DNA of 62,236 nt, the filler included, from Globobulimina sp. (lineage: Eukaryota), in assembly GCA_003354225.1 (NCBI GenBank). It is 12 parts of 12 records of this genome, joined end to end, with 100 filler letters (N's around TTAATTAATTAA, not from the genome) between each part and the next. Parts side by side here need not be neighbours in the genome. Positions count along the whole stretch, not along the records: positions 10,411 to 15,511 come from PIVH01000725.1; positions 15,612 to 20,712 come from PIVH01000726.1; positions 20,813 to 25,911 come from PIVH01000727.1; 9 more parts are not named here. One strand, 5' to 3'. The notes below the pieces were generated by a model. The model searched no databases and had not been told where the DNA came from. It was given only the letters and a program-made list of their open reading frames with translations. Positions 11,351 to 23,370 of this stretch are shown one piece after another; the first letter of the stretch is position 1, and every line of letters starts with the position of its first letter. The translations under genes were made by a program, and so were the position numbers.

Positions 11351-12678
11351 TCATGGAGATTCCGTTTCACTCTGAGTCTGAGCAAGTGTTGAATAAGACC
11401 GTGATTTATTTATTCTTAACGACATCCATTTAATTCCAATACCTGCGCATAATCCGAATATTGCACATAACCCAAATATCAGACATAAAGCCATAAAAAA
11501 CGAATCAGCAAAAACAAAATGCCATTTATATATTTCTAACTCATTAGCTTTCAAATCCAATGGTTCGACATCGATATTATATGCGGCATTATTAGGAATA
11601 TCTATGGTGTCAGTTACAGCTAATCCGGATCCCTGACTCACCCAAACCATGCCATCAAAAGTTACCCAATTCATTTGTTGTAATGTTAGTCTTCCATTGC
11701 CACTGTCCAATGCATGGAATATTGGTGCATTGAAAGTAGCTGATATATCGGAAACATCTTTGACATACCACGAATCCTTAAACGATGCAGTATTCACATA
11801 AATAATGGGAATCGACCATGATTCCAAAGTAACAAAACCATCCTTTCCCACTTTCATGACACAGTCTGTTCCATCTTCATTTGTTACAGAGAATTCTTGA
11901 TCAAAATATGGCCTATCATTTATATTATCAATTTTTAAAATAAGATTGCTGCCATTACCCATCGGATCACTTCCTTTCCATGTTAGCGATCCCGTTAATG
12001 CCACAACAACATTATTCGTAAAATACACTGGTTCCTTATCCAAATATTTCCCCCACGTATCCTCATAGAATGTGCAGCCATTTGGTACATCAGCATTATA
12101 TGATGTGCAATCTCTCCAACTGGAGTCATCAGGAGTACTGCTACAAAACACCTGTTTTCTTTCTGAAATAAATATTAAAGTGATAAGTTATACAGTGTAA
12201 TATAAATATATTAATTAAAAATAAAGTACATACAATCACACAGTGCATATGCTTCTTCATTATCACAATTTGCACTCTCCCATAAACTGTTCATTGTATT
12301 TAAAACCACACAATTTCCAGTACCATCTGGTTGTCCCTCTGCCCATGGTTCAATACCTGTCGTTGGATTGCCACCTGAGTCAAAACCATACGAACCGAGT
12401 GCTGTGGTGCCATCATCCCATTTCCATGCATCGTCATTATCTTTAAATAACCCAATCCAACACGTTGTTGTAAGTGGATCAGATGGATTATTTTCAACGC
12501 TTCTTTGACATATTGTTTTTGCGCCTATTAAATCTTCAAAACTCTTTATGGTGGCTACATTTGAGTGTTTTTTTTGACATTTAGATGCTGCTTCATCATA
12601 TGCAATTGGTGCCGTTCCACGAATATAAGCATTTGAAACAGCCAATAATGCACAAAATAGTACAGTTTGAGACGACAT
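11351..12678 (-). CDS. Type I membrane protein: signal peptide, C-type lectin domain, uncharacterised domain, TM; probable intron within about 12152-12233
   Basis: CTLD motifs CWIGL, WKWDDG, WAEGQPD, NCV, WESANC, YALC. The second ORF lacks a start and has a C-terminal TM. Exact junction not resolved. Confidence 0.75.
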
Positions 12679-12734
12679 TATTCACCAAAAAAGAACACTT
12701 GAGTTAAAATGTAAAGTGCAAGGATATGGATATT

Positions 12735-14195
12735 TTAATATTCAGTTTCTGTGTCATTGTCATTGTGATCAACTGTGGCAACGAAAGACTTGCATCCCAT
12801 TCCAACGAATCCAACCCAAATAGATTCTGTACATTTCATTCCAATCCAACCACATAAGACAATGATTGAAAGTCCAACAACCCCAACAATAAATAAACAA
12901 AATATACCGAATGGTAATTTAATAGATTCATAATCGTTTCCAACTGGAATATAGACTGTTTTTGGTTGATTTTCATTAATATTTGCACTATTCACATCAT
13001 TCACGGTGGTTTCTGTGGTCTCATCTATGAATTTCGATTGTTGACTCGCATAAACGATCCCATCCATTGTAACAACCGCAAGTTTATTCCAATCGATAGC
13101 TTCTGGACTTTGATTATTGTTTCGAATTACTACTTTATTGTTGGGATCATTGTTTGTTACATTATCTATATTATTTTGATCAACATAATACATGTCACCA
13201 TCTGGCGCATGATAAGAAATAATGGGAAGAGACCATGATAATAAAGTAATACTGCCGCCGGCGCTCACTTGTATAACACAATCATTTCCATTATCATTTG
13301 TAACAGAAAACACTTGATCAAAATATGGTGCGTTCAAAGTTGAAGTGGCTGTATCATCGATTTGGCTCAGTTGGTTTCTGGCTGGTGCTCTTGGAGAGGA
13401 TTTGGTTGCCATTAGATCTGCAGTATCAGTCCAATTGGCAGTTCCAACGAGTGCCACAACGACACAATTTGTCAAATATTTAGTTTGTGCGCCAGGGTCA
13501 ACACTCCAGGGAGCAATTAATGACAAAGGTACTTCAGTGGCTGAATCACATTCATCTGAATAGGAAATATTTAATAAAATTATTATCGTGGAAAATGATA
13601 TATAATTTAAAACAATACAAAAATACCCGTTGGTTCCGTTGTTGGCTCGGAAGTTGGTTCTGATGTTTGATCCATGGTTGGACTCAATGTGGGGTCCCCT
13701 GTTGGATTTGCGGTTGGACTCAATGTGGGATCCTCTATTGGACTCAATGTGGGATTCAATGTCGGATACTTTGTTGGACTCAATGTGGGGTCCTGGGTTG
13801 GACTCAATGTCGGATCCTCTGTTGGACTCAATGTCGGATCCTCTGTTGGACTCAATGTCGGATCCTCTGTTGGACTCAATGTCGGATACTTTGTTGGATT
13901 TTTTGTTGGTGCAATGGCTGCGTTATATTTTATATATTAATATAATAAATGCACGACTTTGTGATGCAAACATACTCGTACTAAGACACTGATTGTTACA
14001 CGATTCACCCCTACAATGTGCACATGGCTGATCGCCAGGACATACACATTGATGGCCAGATCCACCACATCCATGAACAACACATAGCGCGGCTGGATCG
14101 CTACATTGATGATTTGGCGATGGAGTACAATCATTCGCTCCTGGACCGGAGCGAACTGCAACAACAATTAATAACAACCATTGAAACGACTTCAT
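12735..14195 (-). CDS. Type I membrane protein: signal, Cys-rich domain, (PTEDPTLS)n stalk, uncharacterised domain, TM; 3 exons
   Basis: Introns 13918-13981 and 13556-13626 restore one frame from the ATG at 14195. C-terminal domain is paralogous to 11351-12151. Confidence 0.82.
13630..13910 (-). repeat. Coding 12/24-bp tandem repeat (Pro/Thr mucin-like stalk)
   Basis: GGACTCAATGTCGGATCCTCTGTT-type units on the plus strand. Confidence 0.9.
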
Positions 14196-14330
14196 GTTGA
14201 AACAGTTTTCCTTGCACTGTAAACTAAGAAAAATCACAAATACGAAGGTGACCAAAAACGCACAAGTACAAACAAAAAAAACACAAACAATAATATTTTT
14301 TATATACAGTACTGTCAAATAGAAAATGGT

Positions 14331-15511
14331 TTATTCTTCAAAATTGTCCTCCTTCGGATTCAATTCAATTGTTTTTGTTAACTGTATTTTTAAATTAGTT
14401 GAACCTTTTGAGGTATTCCCATTTTGCAGATCATCATCAATTTCATTGTCATCCTTATTCATTGATAATTGAATAAATTGCAAGTTGACAAAAGTTGAAT
14501 TAATTTTAATTTTTTCTGTGCATTGTTTATAAAAATCAATATATAATGAACTCGTGGCATCCTTCAATGCCTTCAATATTGCCGCAGTATTATGATGGTC
14601 TAAATATCTTATTTTTGCCTTAACTAAAATGCCTTCAATGATGCTTTGAATATGAACAATTTCGATTTGAGTCAACTGAACTTTTAACGCTTCAGATATT
14701 GCTAAAGATAACAGAAAGTTTGTATGAATATGATAATTTTCAATAATTCCTGTTTTACTCGATTTAAACTCAAATACCATACGAATTACATTTAAATTGT
14801 CACCTCGTGCTTTTGCAAGAATTCCATAGCAAATTCTTGATAAAACCGTTAAAACTCCAAATAATATGCCTTTTGGACGAAATGGGCAATAAATAAAAAG
14901 TATAAAAATAAAAGGATATAAAGTACCTAAGACACTAAATGCTGTCGCTAATAACGATATACTCATTCCTCTGGAGAATACATCATCGGTTGATGTTAAA
15001 TATAAAAATTGGATGTAAAGACAAGGGATATTTTCAAGAACCACATTATTGATGATCTTCATATTCAAGATCCTTTGTTTCGTATTTATACCAATTTGAA
15101 ACGAAGTTATATCCAAATGGAATAAGTGAGTGGTTAATATTTCAATGGCTCCATAAAAGCCAGCAAATAACGATAAAATAACAATAATTTTGTCATAACT
15201 CGACGCATAATTTGATATAATGGGTTTTGATTTATTTTGTCTCCATTTAACAATAAAAAATACTCCGATCAATATGGACAATAAATGTGGACCGAATGTA
15301 AATACAGCAGACCAAAGCCATAAATTATCACTCAACGCATACAAACTCAAAGTAAATATCGCATCGGTTCCAGTGTCACCAGCCGAACTAAAAAATTTAA
15401 ACACTGAAATATAACCCGGTCTATCTGTACCACTTTTTTTTCGATGAAAAGCAAATGCCGCAATGTTCAAAAACAATGGTAAAACCACAATAACTCCCAA
15501 TACTATATAGC
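14331..15511 (-). CDS. Multi-pass membrane protein, 5'-truncated
   Basis: Several hydrophobic helices and a VVLENIPCLYIQ motif; probable in-frame 57-nt intron 14870-14926. Confidence 0.7.
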
Positions 15512-15611
15512 NNNNNNNNNNNNNNNNNNNNNNNNNNNNNNNNNNNNNNNNNNNNTTAATTAATTAANNNNNNNNNNNNNNNNNNNNNNNNNNNNNNNNN
15601 NNNNNNNNNNN

Positions 15612-16210
15612 CATCTGCCAATACAATCTCATACGTTCCATTCATATCAAACACATCTAAATCATATTCGTGGTCAGTAACATTAGTATTATTTACATCT
15701 GCATCGTAATCTTCTTCTAAATCTAAACCTAAATAAATCAACCTTTGGATGTTTATATCTTTATTCATAAATTTGCAATAAAGGTTTGATTGAATGGGAT
15801 TGAATTCGTCTAGTTTATTATATTGGATATGAACGGAGTTGTTACCTTTTTTAAATAACAAACAACATAAACAACACGGATATAGCAACAAACAACACAG
15901 AAAAGAGTGTCTAACTTGAAAGTCTGTTGCTAATTAGGTGGTAATTGGAATCATTCGTGGTTGAAATATAAAATCCAGTTTTAAAATACGAAGCTTTCAG
16001 TAGATTGGCATTATCTTTTTGAATGTACCAAATGGGGGACATTGTTGTTTCAGAATTTGATTCATAAGACAGCTCGAAATTTATTTCAATTTTTTCATTT
16101 GCATTTGATAGTATGAGCTCATTGGCTGACATTAATGTTGATAACGATATTGCACATATTAACAGTGTTCGTAGACTGGCTTGATAGCGAACATAATGCC
16201 CAAATGCCAT
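15612..16210 (-). CDS. Hypothetical secreted/luminal protein, 3'-truncated
   Basis: Signal-like N-terminus; intron 15846-15915 joins two ORFs in frame. Confidence 0.65.
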
Positions 16211-16288
16211 GGTTTGATTGGTTTCACAAGGACACAACTGATGCTTTAGTAAAAACTTTTACACACTCCAGTGATAGTGACATTTATC

Positions 16289-18004
16289 ATGGAGCTCTTG
16301 CGTTTGTTAGTATGGTCGTTATGCTTTCAACATATAACTGAATCTTTAGTAAATATTGCAACCAACAAAGAAGCTTGGTATTGCAATAGAAAACCATTAG
16401 ATTTGCATCCAATATCCGCATTATCAAATAATGATTTGCTACGCATAAATAAATTAAAGCAATTACATGTGATGACCAGACATGGAAGTCGAACACATTC
16501 GGAAAACCTACAAAAATACTTCCCAAACAATACACAATATTATCACTGCAACATATCAACCATTACATCGAGAATCGAATACAACGATGAACAAAATAAA
16601 AATAAATACTTTGTCTCAATGCTCAAGCAATACGAGTATAACAATCAATATTTATTGCATTCAAATTGTCAACGAATGCAATCATATCCATCATTAATTC
16701 AACAGCATCAGCAAAATGCACAAATTCTAATCAATGCATATATGAATAATAATGATGAGCCTTCGCAATTATTTAATATCTATGAATTGAACAAACAATT
16801 CCAAACGCAACAAAATATAAAAACATACACCTCGAATAAAGAAAGGTGTATGCTCTCAACAATGACTCTCATATCAACGTTATTAAACATTTCAGCCTCA
16901 AATGATACATTAATATCGCCGACGATAACAACCATAACAAATGATTTGGACACGAATCCATACGAATCTCCCAAAAATGTTCTATGTCTAGAAAATGAAC
17001 AATTTAATGAGTGGGAAAATAAATATATCTCTGACATAACTGACAATTTTATCGCAGCAAAACATGACCAAATACTGTCACAATATGATGGTGTTTTAAA
17101 CGAATATATGGAACAAGGCGGCAAAATAATAAATGAGTCGAGCTCGAACTCAATTTATAAGTATAATGATCCCGGTTTTCATGTGACATTTTATTATTGC
17201 AATGGCTTTGATATTCCATTGCGGAATGATACATTTTGGGGAATGGTGGCCGCAAACTATCAACGTTTTGTCGCTATTCATCCAAATAAAAGCAGCAAGG
17301 ATAAGAATGAAAGAGAATATGCGACAAAGAAGGAATGCTATAATCATTTCTTAGCCATTCCAATGTACAGTCGCTATTTTGGTGACATTTATGCATTGAT
17401 AAATAATGAAGAAAATTCTAAGAAATTTATTTTACATTCGGCGCATGATTCGTCTATAAAATGGTTCTTGAATGGTTTGGGTTTGCATGATGGCATTATT
17501 CCGTATTTCGCACAAATGTTTACATTAGAAATTTATGCGGCAAATCTTGATGGAAATAATAAATATAATTCTGATCGGAATATTACATATTTGTTTAGAT
17601 GGACAAACAAAGGAAAGTTTGTTGGATATGAATATTGTAAACAGGAATATGAGGCAACTAACGGCGAGTTGTGTGATTTGAATATTTTGCTAAATAATGG
17701 ATTTAAAGATGTTAATGTAACACAGAGGGATTGGGCAACAAATAAATGTAAAACATTGTTGGATGACTGTGTCTGTGGATATTGCAATGAGAATACGGAT
17801 GGTAAAGGATGGATATTTGAGCAAATTAGTTTTATAATTGGGTTATTCTCTGGTTTGATAGCATTTGCTTTGTGTCTTTTAGTTATGAAATATGCAAAAA
17901 GTAAATTAAAATCAACACAAAGAAACCGAACTTATCAACAAGCGCTTGATATCTCTGACATTGAAATGGAAGACAAATTGGAGAATGCAACAATAACTAA
18001 ATGA
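16289..18004 (+). CDS. Histidine acid phosphatase (branch 2), signal peptide and C-terminal TM
   Basis: RHGSRT catalytic motif and HSAHD; topology like lysosomal acid phosphatase. Confidence 0.9.
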   Translation: MELLRLLVWSLCFQHITESLVNIATNKEAWYCNRKPLDLHPISALSNNDLLRINKLKQLHVMTRHGSRTHSENLQKYFPNNTQYYHCNISTITSRIEYNDEQNKNKYFVSMLKQYEYNNQYLLHSNCQRMQSYPSLIQQHQQNAQILINAYMNNNDEPSQLFNIYELNKQFQTQQNIKTYTSNKERCMLSTMTLISTLLNISASNDTLISPTITTITNDLDTNPYESPKNVLCLENEQFNEWENKYISDITDNFIAAKHDQILSQYDGVLNEYMEQGGKIINESSSNSIYKYNDPGFHVTFYYCNGFDIPLRNDTFWGMVAANYQRFVAIHPNKSSKDKNEREYATKKECYNHFLAIPMYSRYFGDIYALINNEENSKKFILHSAHDSSIKWFLNGLGLHDGIIPYFAQMFTLEIYAANLDGNNKYNSDRNITYLFRWTNKGKFVGYEYCKQEYEATNGELCDLNILLNNGFKDVNVTQRDWATNKCKTLLDDCVCGYCNENTDGKGWIFEQISFIIGLFSGLIAFALCLLVMKYAKSKLKSTQRNRTYQQALDISDIEMEDKLENATITK

Positions 18005-18058
18005 CGTTGACAGAAGAAAATAAATAAATAAAATATTTGAAATTTAAATTAATAGATT

Positions 18059-20179
18059 TTACAAGCGACTCGGATGAATATTTAGAAAATCCGACCTGTC
18101 GCTATCTTCCAGTGGTGTAATAGATATATTTCTTTTTGAGGCAATTGAGAGTTCAGAGCTAGTTTTCAGTGATTCTTCGATATCTGCTGAATTTTCAAAA
18201 TCCTTTTGGAATGAAGCTTTGTTTAAAAAAGAGATGATTGCACTTCCTTTCCTCTCGCCTGAGGGTGGTTCAATTATTGTATTTATAGAATAGCCAAATT
18301 TTGCTAAATATACCTCAATTTTACTCAGATTCTCTTTAGACAATGAAGGGTCCAAATTGAGATCATCCAAAACAACGGTAGTGAGACCTGGTATATCTTG
18401 TGGATGATGTACTGAATAACCATATTTTTTCAGATATTTCTGAATTTTATGTATATTTTCTTTAGTCATTGTCGATGTTCTGATCATCAATATTTCTTCA
18501 ACGATATCAGGAGAATATTCAATGCCTTTGTGGATTGCAATGAATTTGGGCAAAGATATTGAGATAACAACCACATAAATCACTATTATAATCATGATAT
18601 TTTGATAAAAGCACTTTGTGACGGGATCAGAGGATACCAACGGAAACAATGCCTCTTGGAATAATAAGAAAAGCATACCAATTATGGTTATAATTGAAAT
18701 CATTCGGAATTCATTGAATTTAATACTTAAATGGCGCATATTCCATGATATTTTGGCGAGGTATAAGAAACCAATCAACTCCATTACTAATAATGCGGTG
18801 TACCAATCCATAAATGTTTCATTCCATACACAGACTTCTGGAAAGATGACGCTTTCAAACACAATGGTTTCCATTCGCATCGGATAAAAAAATAATAAAA
18901 TACACAAATACATCAATACCACCAATAAGGCGGTCAACAATCTGATAAATAATGATATATTTGCAATTTGCTTCGGTTTTTTGCCCAGTTCTGCTGCATT
19001 TATATAATATTTCAATCGCCACATTTTCAATAATAATGAACCGAACATGATGATGAATGCAATTTGGAATAAAATTGGTCGCGATGTGTTTGATAAAAAC
19101 GGGATTATGAAACCAATCAAAGCGCCAAATAACATCATTAATAATATTTCATATGATGTTGCTTTAAAAACCTGTTCTGAGCGATTTCTCAAAACTTTCA
19201 TCATTAATATAACAACAAATACAATGCCAAATGCAGATAATATGTCAGATATTTGACCGACTGACTTTTCAAAAGATTCATCTTTTGATTTGGCGCAATA
19301 TTCCAACGCATACTCCATCCCGAATTGATCAATGATTATATCATCAATATCACCAAACATTGTATTTTTACCTTTTAAAATTGCTCGAGTTCGATCATTG
19401 GAATCAGTTGTTTTAGTGAGTAATTCTAATATCGTATTATCGGAGACGTGCTCACAAAAATGATTCAAATCGTGGCCATGATCCATATCGCGACCATCCG
19501 GACACATTGCATGTGTGATCCAGGCATCCCACTTTGATTCAAATTGATGCAGCCATTTACATGAATAATCGAGATTTTGTTGTGCGTTTTCAACATTTAT
19601 GCCATGATCTGTGTGTATTGCATTATAAATCGAATTATAATCATCCGCAGACATTTCAGTTGCAATCAGAAAATCATAGGCAAATTTCGATAGATATCGA
19701 ATGTTTTCATTAATTGCCTTAAATACATATTCAACTTTGTTCAATGCAGAATCCTGTGGAATTGAGATATGTTTCCAATTTGCAGAGACTTCAAAAATTG
19801 ATGGCGTCCAAATCTCATAAAGTGCGCGGGTTTGATTTTCTAAATGCTTTTGCCATAAATCGGTTGCTAATATGTTCCAATTGGCACCGAGATATTTTAC
19901 ATTCCATTTTAAATTATGTTCATTAATTAATTCTGAATGTAAATGATAACTGTATTGCGGTATAAATGTTAAAATGGACAAACATTCTGATTGTGACTCA
20001 GCACTGCATTGGGATGGATAAAATGTGCCATTATAAATCTGGTTTTGTGTATCATTCAAACATCCATTCGGCCATTCGAGCCATCCATCAGTTTCATCAT
20101 AACACATTCCACCATTTTCAACTTGCGAGGATGGAGTCATTGCATTGATTATTTCTGATTCAACGATGGATCCACGCAA
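18059..20179 (-). CDS. Class C-like (7tm_3) receptor with extracellular binding domain; N-terminus missing or uncertain
   Basis: Seven hydrophobic helices with class C-type motifs (VFKATS, FGSLLLKMWRL, KFNEFRMI, LPKF). Confidence 0.8.
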   Translation of the reverse strand: MRGSIVESEIINAMTPSSQVENGGMCYDETDGWLEWPNGCLNDTQNQIYNGTFYPSQCSAESQSECLSILTFIPQYSYHLHSELINEHNLKWNVKYLGANWNILATDLWQKHLENQTRALYEIWTPSIFEVSANWKHISIPQDSALNKVEYVFKAINENIRYLSKFAYDFLIATEMSADDYNSIYNAIHTDHGINVENAQQNLDYSCKWLHQFESKWDAWITHAMCPDGRDMDHGHDLNHFCEHVSDNTILELLTKTTDSNDRTRAILKGKNTMFGDIDDIIIDQFGMEYALEYCAKSKDESFEKSVGQISDILSAFGIVFVVILMMKVLRNRSEQVFKATSYEILLMMLFGALIGFIIPFLSNTSRPILFQIAFIIMFGSLLLKMWRLKYYINAAELGKKPKQIANISLFIRLLTALLVVLMYLCILLFFYPMRMETIVFESVIFPEVCVWNETFMDWYTALLVMELIGFLYLAKISWNMRHLSIKFNEFRMISIITIIGMLFLLFQEALFPLVSSDPVTKCFYQNIMIIIVIYVVVISISLPKFIAIHKGIEYSPDIVEEILMIRTSTMTKENIHKIQKYLKKYGYSVHHPQDIPGLTTVVLDDLNLDPSLSKENLSKIEVYLAKFGYSINTIIEPPSGERKGSAIISFLNKASFQKDFENSADIEESLKTSSELSIASKRNISITPLEDSDRSDFLNIHPSRL

Positions 20180-20712
20180 CCAAACAGGCGCAGATAATGG
20201 TTATTTAAATAAAACGCATTGCACTCAAATGGCAAATTTTCCGTCAACAACACAAAACCTTCTTCGATGTTGCCATCGTCGTCGTCATTATCCACAAAAC
20301 CGTCCTCCAAGTCGCCGTATTCAGGGTACATCCGATCGCCGTACGTATACACTCCCTTTACAAAGTCGCCAGACTCTCGCCACACTTTGTAAGGTGAGAC
20401 ACTGCATAGCCCCCAACCCTCAATCCACGCATCCTCCGTCGCCATGTTGTACAGCTGCGACACGGGCGGTACTCGCACATCGATACTATTATAAATCAAA
20501 TCGTACGGCATAAACCATTGCAGAATATGCCGCCACTCAAATCGTTCTGTATCACCTGACCGGGGTGGACATATAACGGATGATTCAAATCCGGACAATT
20601 GTACCCTAACTCGCTCATATCCTCAAAGTCGCCAAAACGATGGTCCATACTGCCACCGCCGTAATCTTCGTGGATGGCGGTATCCCAATAAAAGCGAGTG
20701 GGACGCCCGAAA
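20149..20712 (-). pseudogene. Frameshifted 3' part of an unknown GC-richer gene
   Basis: Two overlapping open frames (FGRPTRFYWDTA...FCNGLCRTI* and ...WFMPYDLIY...NQK*) with no intron-like sequence between them. Confidence 0.45.
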
Positions 20713-20857
20713 NNNNNNNNNNNNNNNNNNNNNNNNNNNNNNNNNNNNNNNNNNNNTTAATTAATTAANNNNNNNNNNNNNNNNNNNNNNNNNNNNNNNN
20801 NNNNNNNNNNNNGACGACCTGAAAAGCAGCTACAAATAGTATCAATTGGTGTAAGTG

Positions 20858-22326
20858 TTAAACAGATTGTATTGAGCCATACTTTATTATTCGTTTAATT
20901 CGTAGTTTTGAATGCGAGACTGCTTCATCCCAATTAACAAAACATTTGAAATGAGTAAACATAGCAATTACAGCCAAAATATATCCAAACGTGACAACAG
21001 ACCAAATACTAAGGGAGGCCAAAACAATTTTATCTCTCCATCTCAAATAAAACAAATAAGAATTTGTATCGGAATCCCGATGAGATATTGGCATATCGCT
21101 AAAACGATAGCAGCATATTTCGGAAATCCCAATCCGCGATAAATACACGCTAAAAAATAAAATATATTATATGGAATCTGGAAAATAGCTCCAATAATTA
21201 ATAAATCACCGCACAAATGAACAACATTAGCATCTCTTGTCCATATTTTCGGTATGTTGTGTCGCGCAAAAAATATGATGCAAAACAATGTGAGTAATAA
21301 TAGCGAATCAAAGTAGCAAAATGCAATTTTCGCAGATTCTTTTGATTTATAAATATTTGCCTGACCGATATAATGACCCACTCGAATCGCAACAGGTGCG
21401 CATAAACCAATTGTTATGACTCTGCCAAACGAATTAATTTGTGTGGCGATAGCAGTCGCAGTCAACGCAACGGAGGTATCGACAGTTATAAATCCTGTAA
21501 ATAAGACTACTAATTCTGTGATCCACCAACTTGATGCGGTTTGTATTAAGCCGGGAATGGATAATTTCAAATAAATATAAATACCGTTTTTCCATTCAAA
21601 TATGTCTTTCAATGGCAATATTACAAAAATATATGAATGTCCTTTGTAACAAAGCATGGCAATGACCATTAATAAAGCAATTAATTGAGTTAAATCGACA
21701 GAGACTGCAGTCCATAAATAATTATATTGCAGCCAATCAACAAATAGATAATTTATTAAATAATTTGAAGCAGCGCTCATTGTAAATATTATCATTAACT
21801 CTGTATTATACATTAAGGGACGACACACTCTTTGCACAATCATTAAGAAATTAGTTAGCCACAAGAAAGGTATTAAGCACCGACAATACGACGAGATAAT
21901 ATGACATAAATTTGGTGGCTGGCCAATAGCACATAAAATATCACCACTATAAAATTGTAATATTGATAAGGGGACCAAGCCAATAATGGAAATTACTAAA
22001 CATTGCTGGCTATATAATGATATTAAATATTTCGATTGCAATTCATTATCATTTCCAATTGCTTGCGGAATTAATGTTTGTAAACCTAATGTTATGCCCC
22101 ATGCAAACGACAATGCAGTAACATTTGTGAATATTCTAGCTAACCCTGCTCCTGCCATTAATTCTGTTGAATTCTCACCATAATGACCAATAAATGTAAA
22201 TGAAATTGCAGTCGGTAAGAATAACATAACTCCACATGTTGCAATTTTTAAAAACATTCCAAATATTATTGATGCCTCTTCAAACGAGGAACCACTTGAT
22301 ACGGATTTAACTAACGAGGATTTCAT
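20858..22326 (-). CDS. MATE-family efflux transporter with a frameshift near 21055
   Basis: MATE motifs (GLQTLIPQAIG, IRVGHYIG, IYRGLG). The last TM and NWDEAV tail lie in another frame (ORF 20858-21148). Confidence 0.88.
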
Positions 22327-22380
22327 TATTTATTTATTTATTTAGTGCATAAAGTTTTTTACTCCAAACTCAAGCATCAC

Positions 22381-23166
22381 ATGTTTGCGTTGTTACTTAA
22401 TCTCCTGAAACTTGGTGCCATTCACAATCTCTATTTACTTTGCAAGACGTTTGCGATTAATAATGTGGAGCAATCCCTGCTTATCCCAGCTCAAATCCTC
22501 ATAATGGTGAATATGTATCGTTGTATTTTCCCGCTTCGATATACGGGTAATATTGTCCTTCATGATTTGGCTGCGAGTTCGATATTTTTGACCAGATTAC
22601 TTGCCACATTCTCCGAAATTGCTTATATTTATCAGTTAAGCGCTGTGTGTCGCGATTTGAATGATGGTAATATTGCATGTATCGATATGCTGTCGTGGTT
22701 GATGGTGATTACAGTTTGCATCTCTCAGTGTTTTGTGTGGACAGCAATTCTTAGCAAACGATGTGGCTTTTTTTTTTGGGAAGAAGTTGGATGGGGCATT
22801 ATATATGGAATCAACACAGCAATCAATGCTTATTTCTTATTTGGTTGGAGTACCAGTCATAAACTTGAATTTGGAAAGAAAAATGAATGCATTGTGGTGT
22901 CAACTATTTTTGGACTCTTTTATATTCCGTGGCAGCTTATATTTCATCTTCCTTCTTTATACAAAGATATGTTGGAAGAAGAAAAGCTTGTTTTTGCATC
23001 TGCAGTACAGTTGAATTGGTACAATGCTCTGTTTATTCGAAATGCCAGTCTCAATCCAAAAGATTGGGGAGGAGTGGTCGGTGCTGTCTGGATGACTGGA
23101 TATTGGGTTGGCATTTCTTTTTGGATGTTCAGAATCATTGAGGTCTATAGTTTGTATAATGACTGA
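22381..23166 (+). CDS. Uncharacterised multi-pass membrane protein
   Basis: Intronless ORF with about 6 TM segments; motif YRCIFP..VLHD..SSIFLTRLLATFSE. Confidence 0.75.
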   Translation: MFALLLNLLKLGAIHNLYLLCKTFAINNVEQSLLIPAQILIMVNMYRCIFPLRYTGNIVLHDLAASSIFLTRLLATFSEIAYIYQLSAVCRDLNDGNIACIDMLSWLMVITVCISQCFVWTAILSKRCGFFFWEEVGWGIIYGINTAINAYFLFGWSTSHKLEFGKKNECIVVSTIFGLFYIPWQLIFHLPSLYKDMLEEEKLVFASAVQLNWYNALFIRNASLNPKDWGGVVGAVWMTGYWVGISFWMFRIIEVYSLYND

Positions 23167-23370
23167 CTAGTACATTATAAAATAATTAATAACCTGCTTT
23201 TATGTTTATATCAGACACTCCAATGTGAAACAGTGTTTTTATACAGAAGTGAGCAAAAACTTTTCATGGCAGCTGATTCAACATCAACTTTTTTCTCGGA
23301 TATGCGCATCATAATTCATAATTATAATCCATAAAAATAGATAACAACAATTCATAATTATTATTTAAAA

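Noticed and set aside
12152-12233. Stop-codon reassignment suggested by TAA formed at the most canonical splice junction (similar case at 9730-9802)
   Set aside because: TAA, TAG and TGA all end intact genes in this window, and an alternative junction restores the frame at the lectin gene.
13630-13992. Plus-strand repetitive ORFs (LDSMSDP, WTQCRIL, VGLNVGS)
   Set aside because: Antisense shadows of the Pro/Thr stalk exon.
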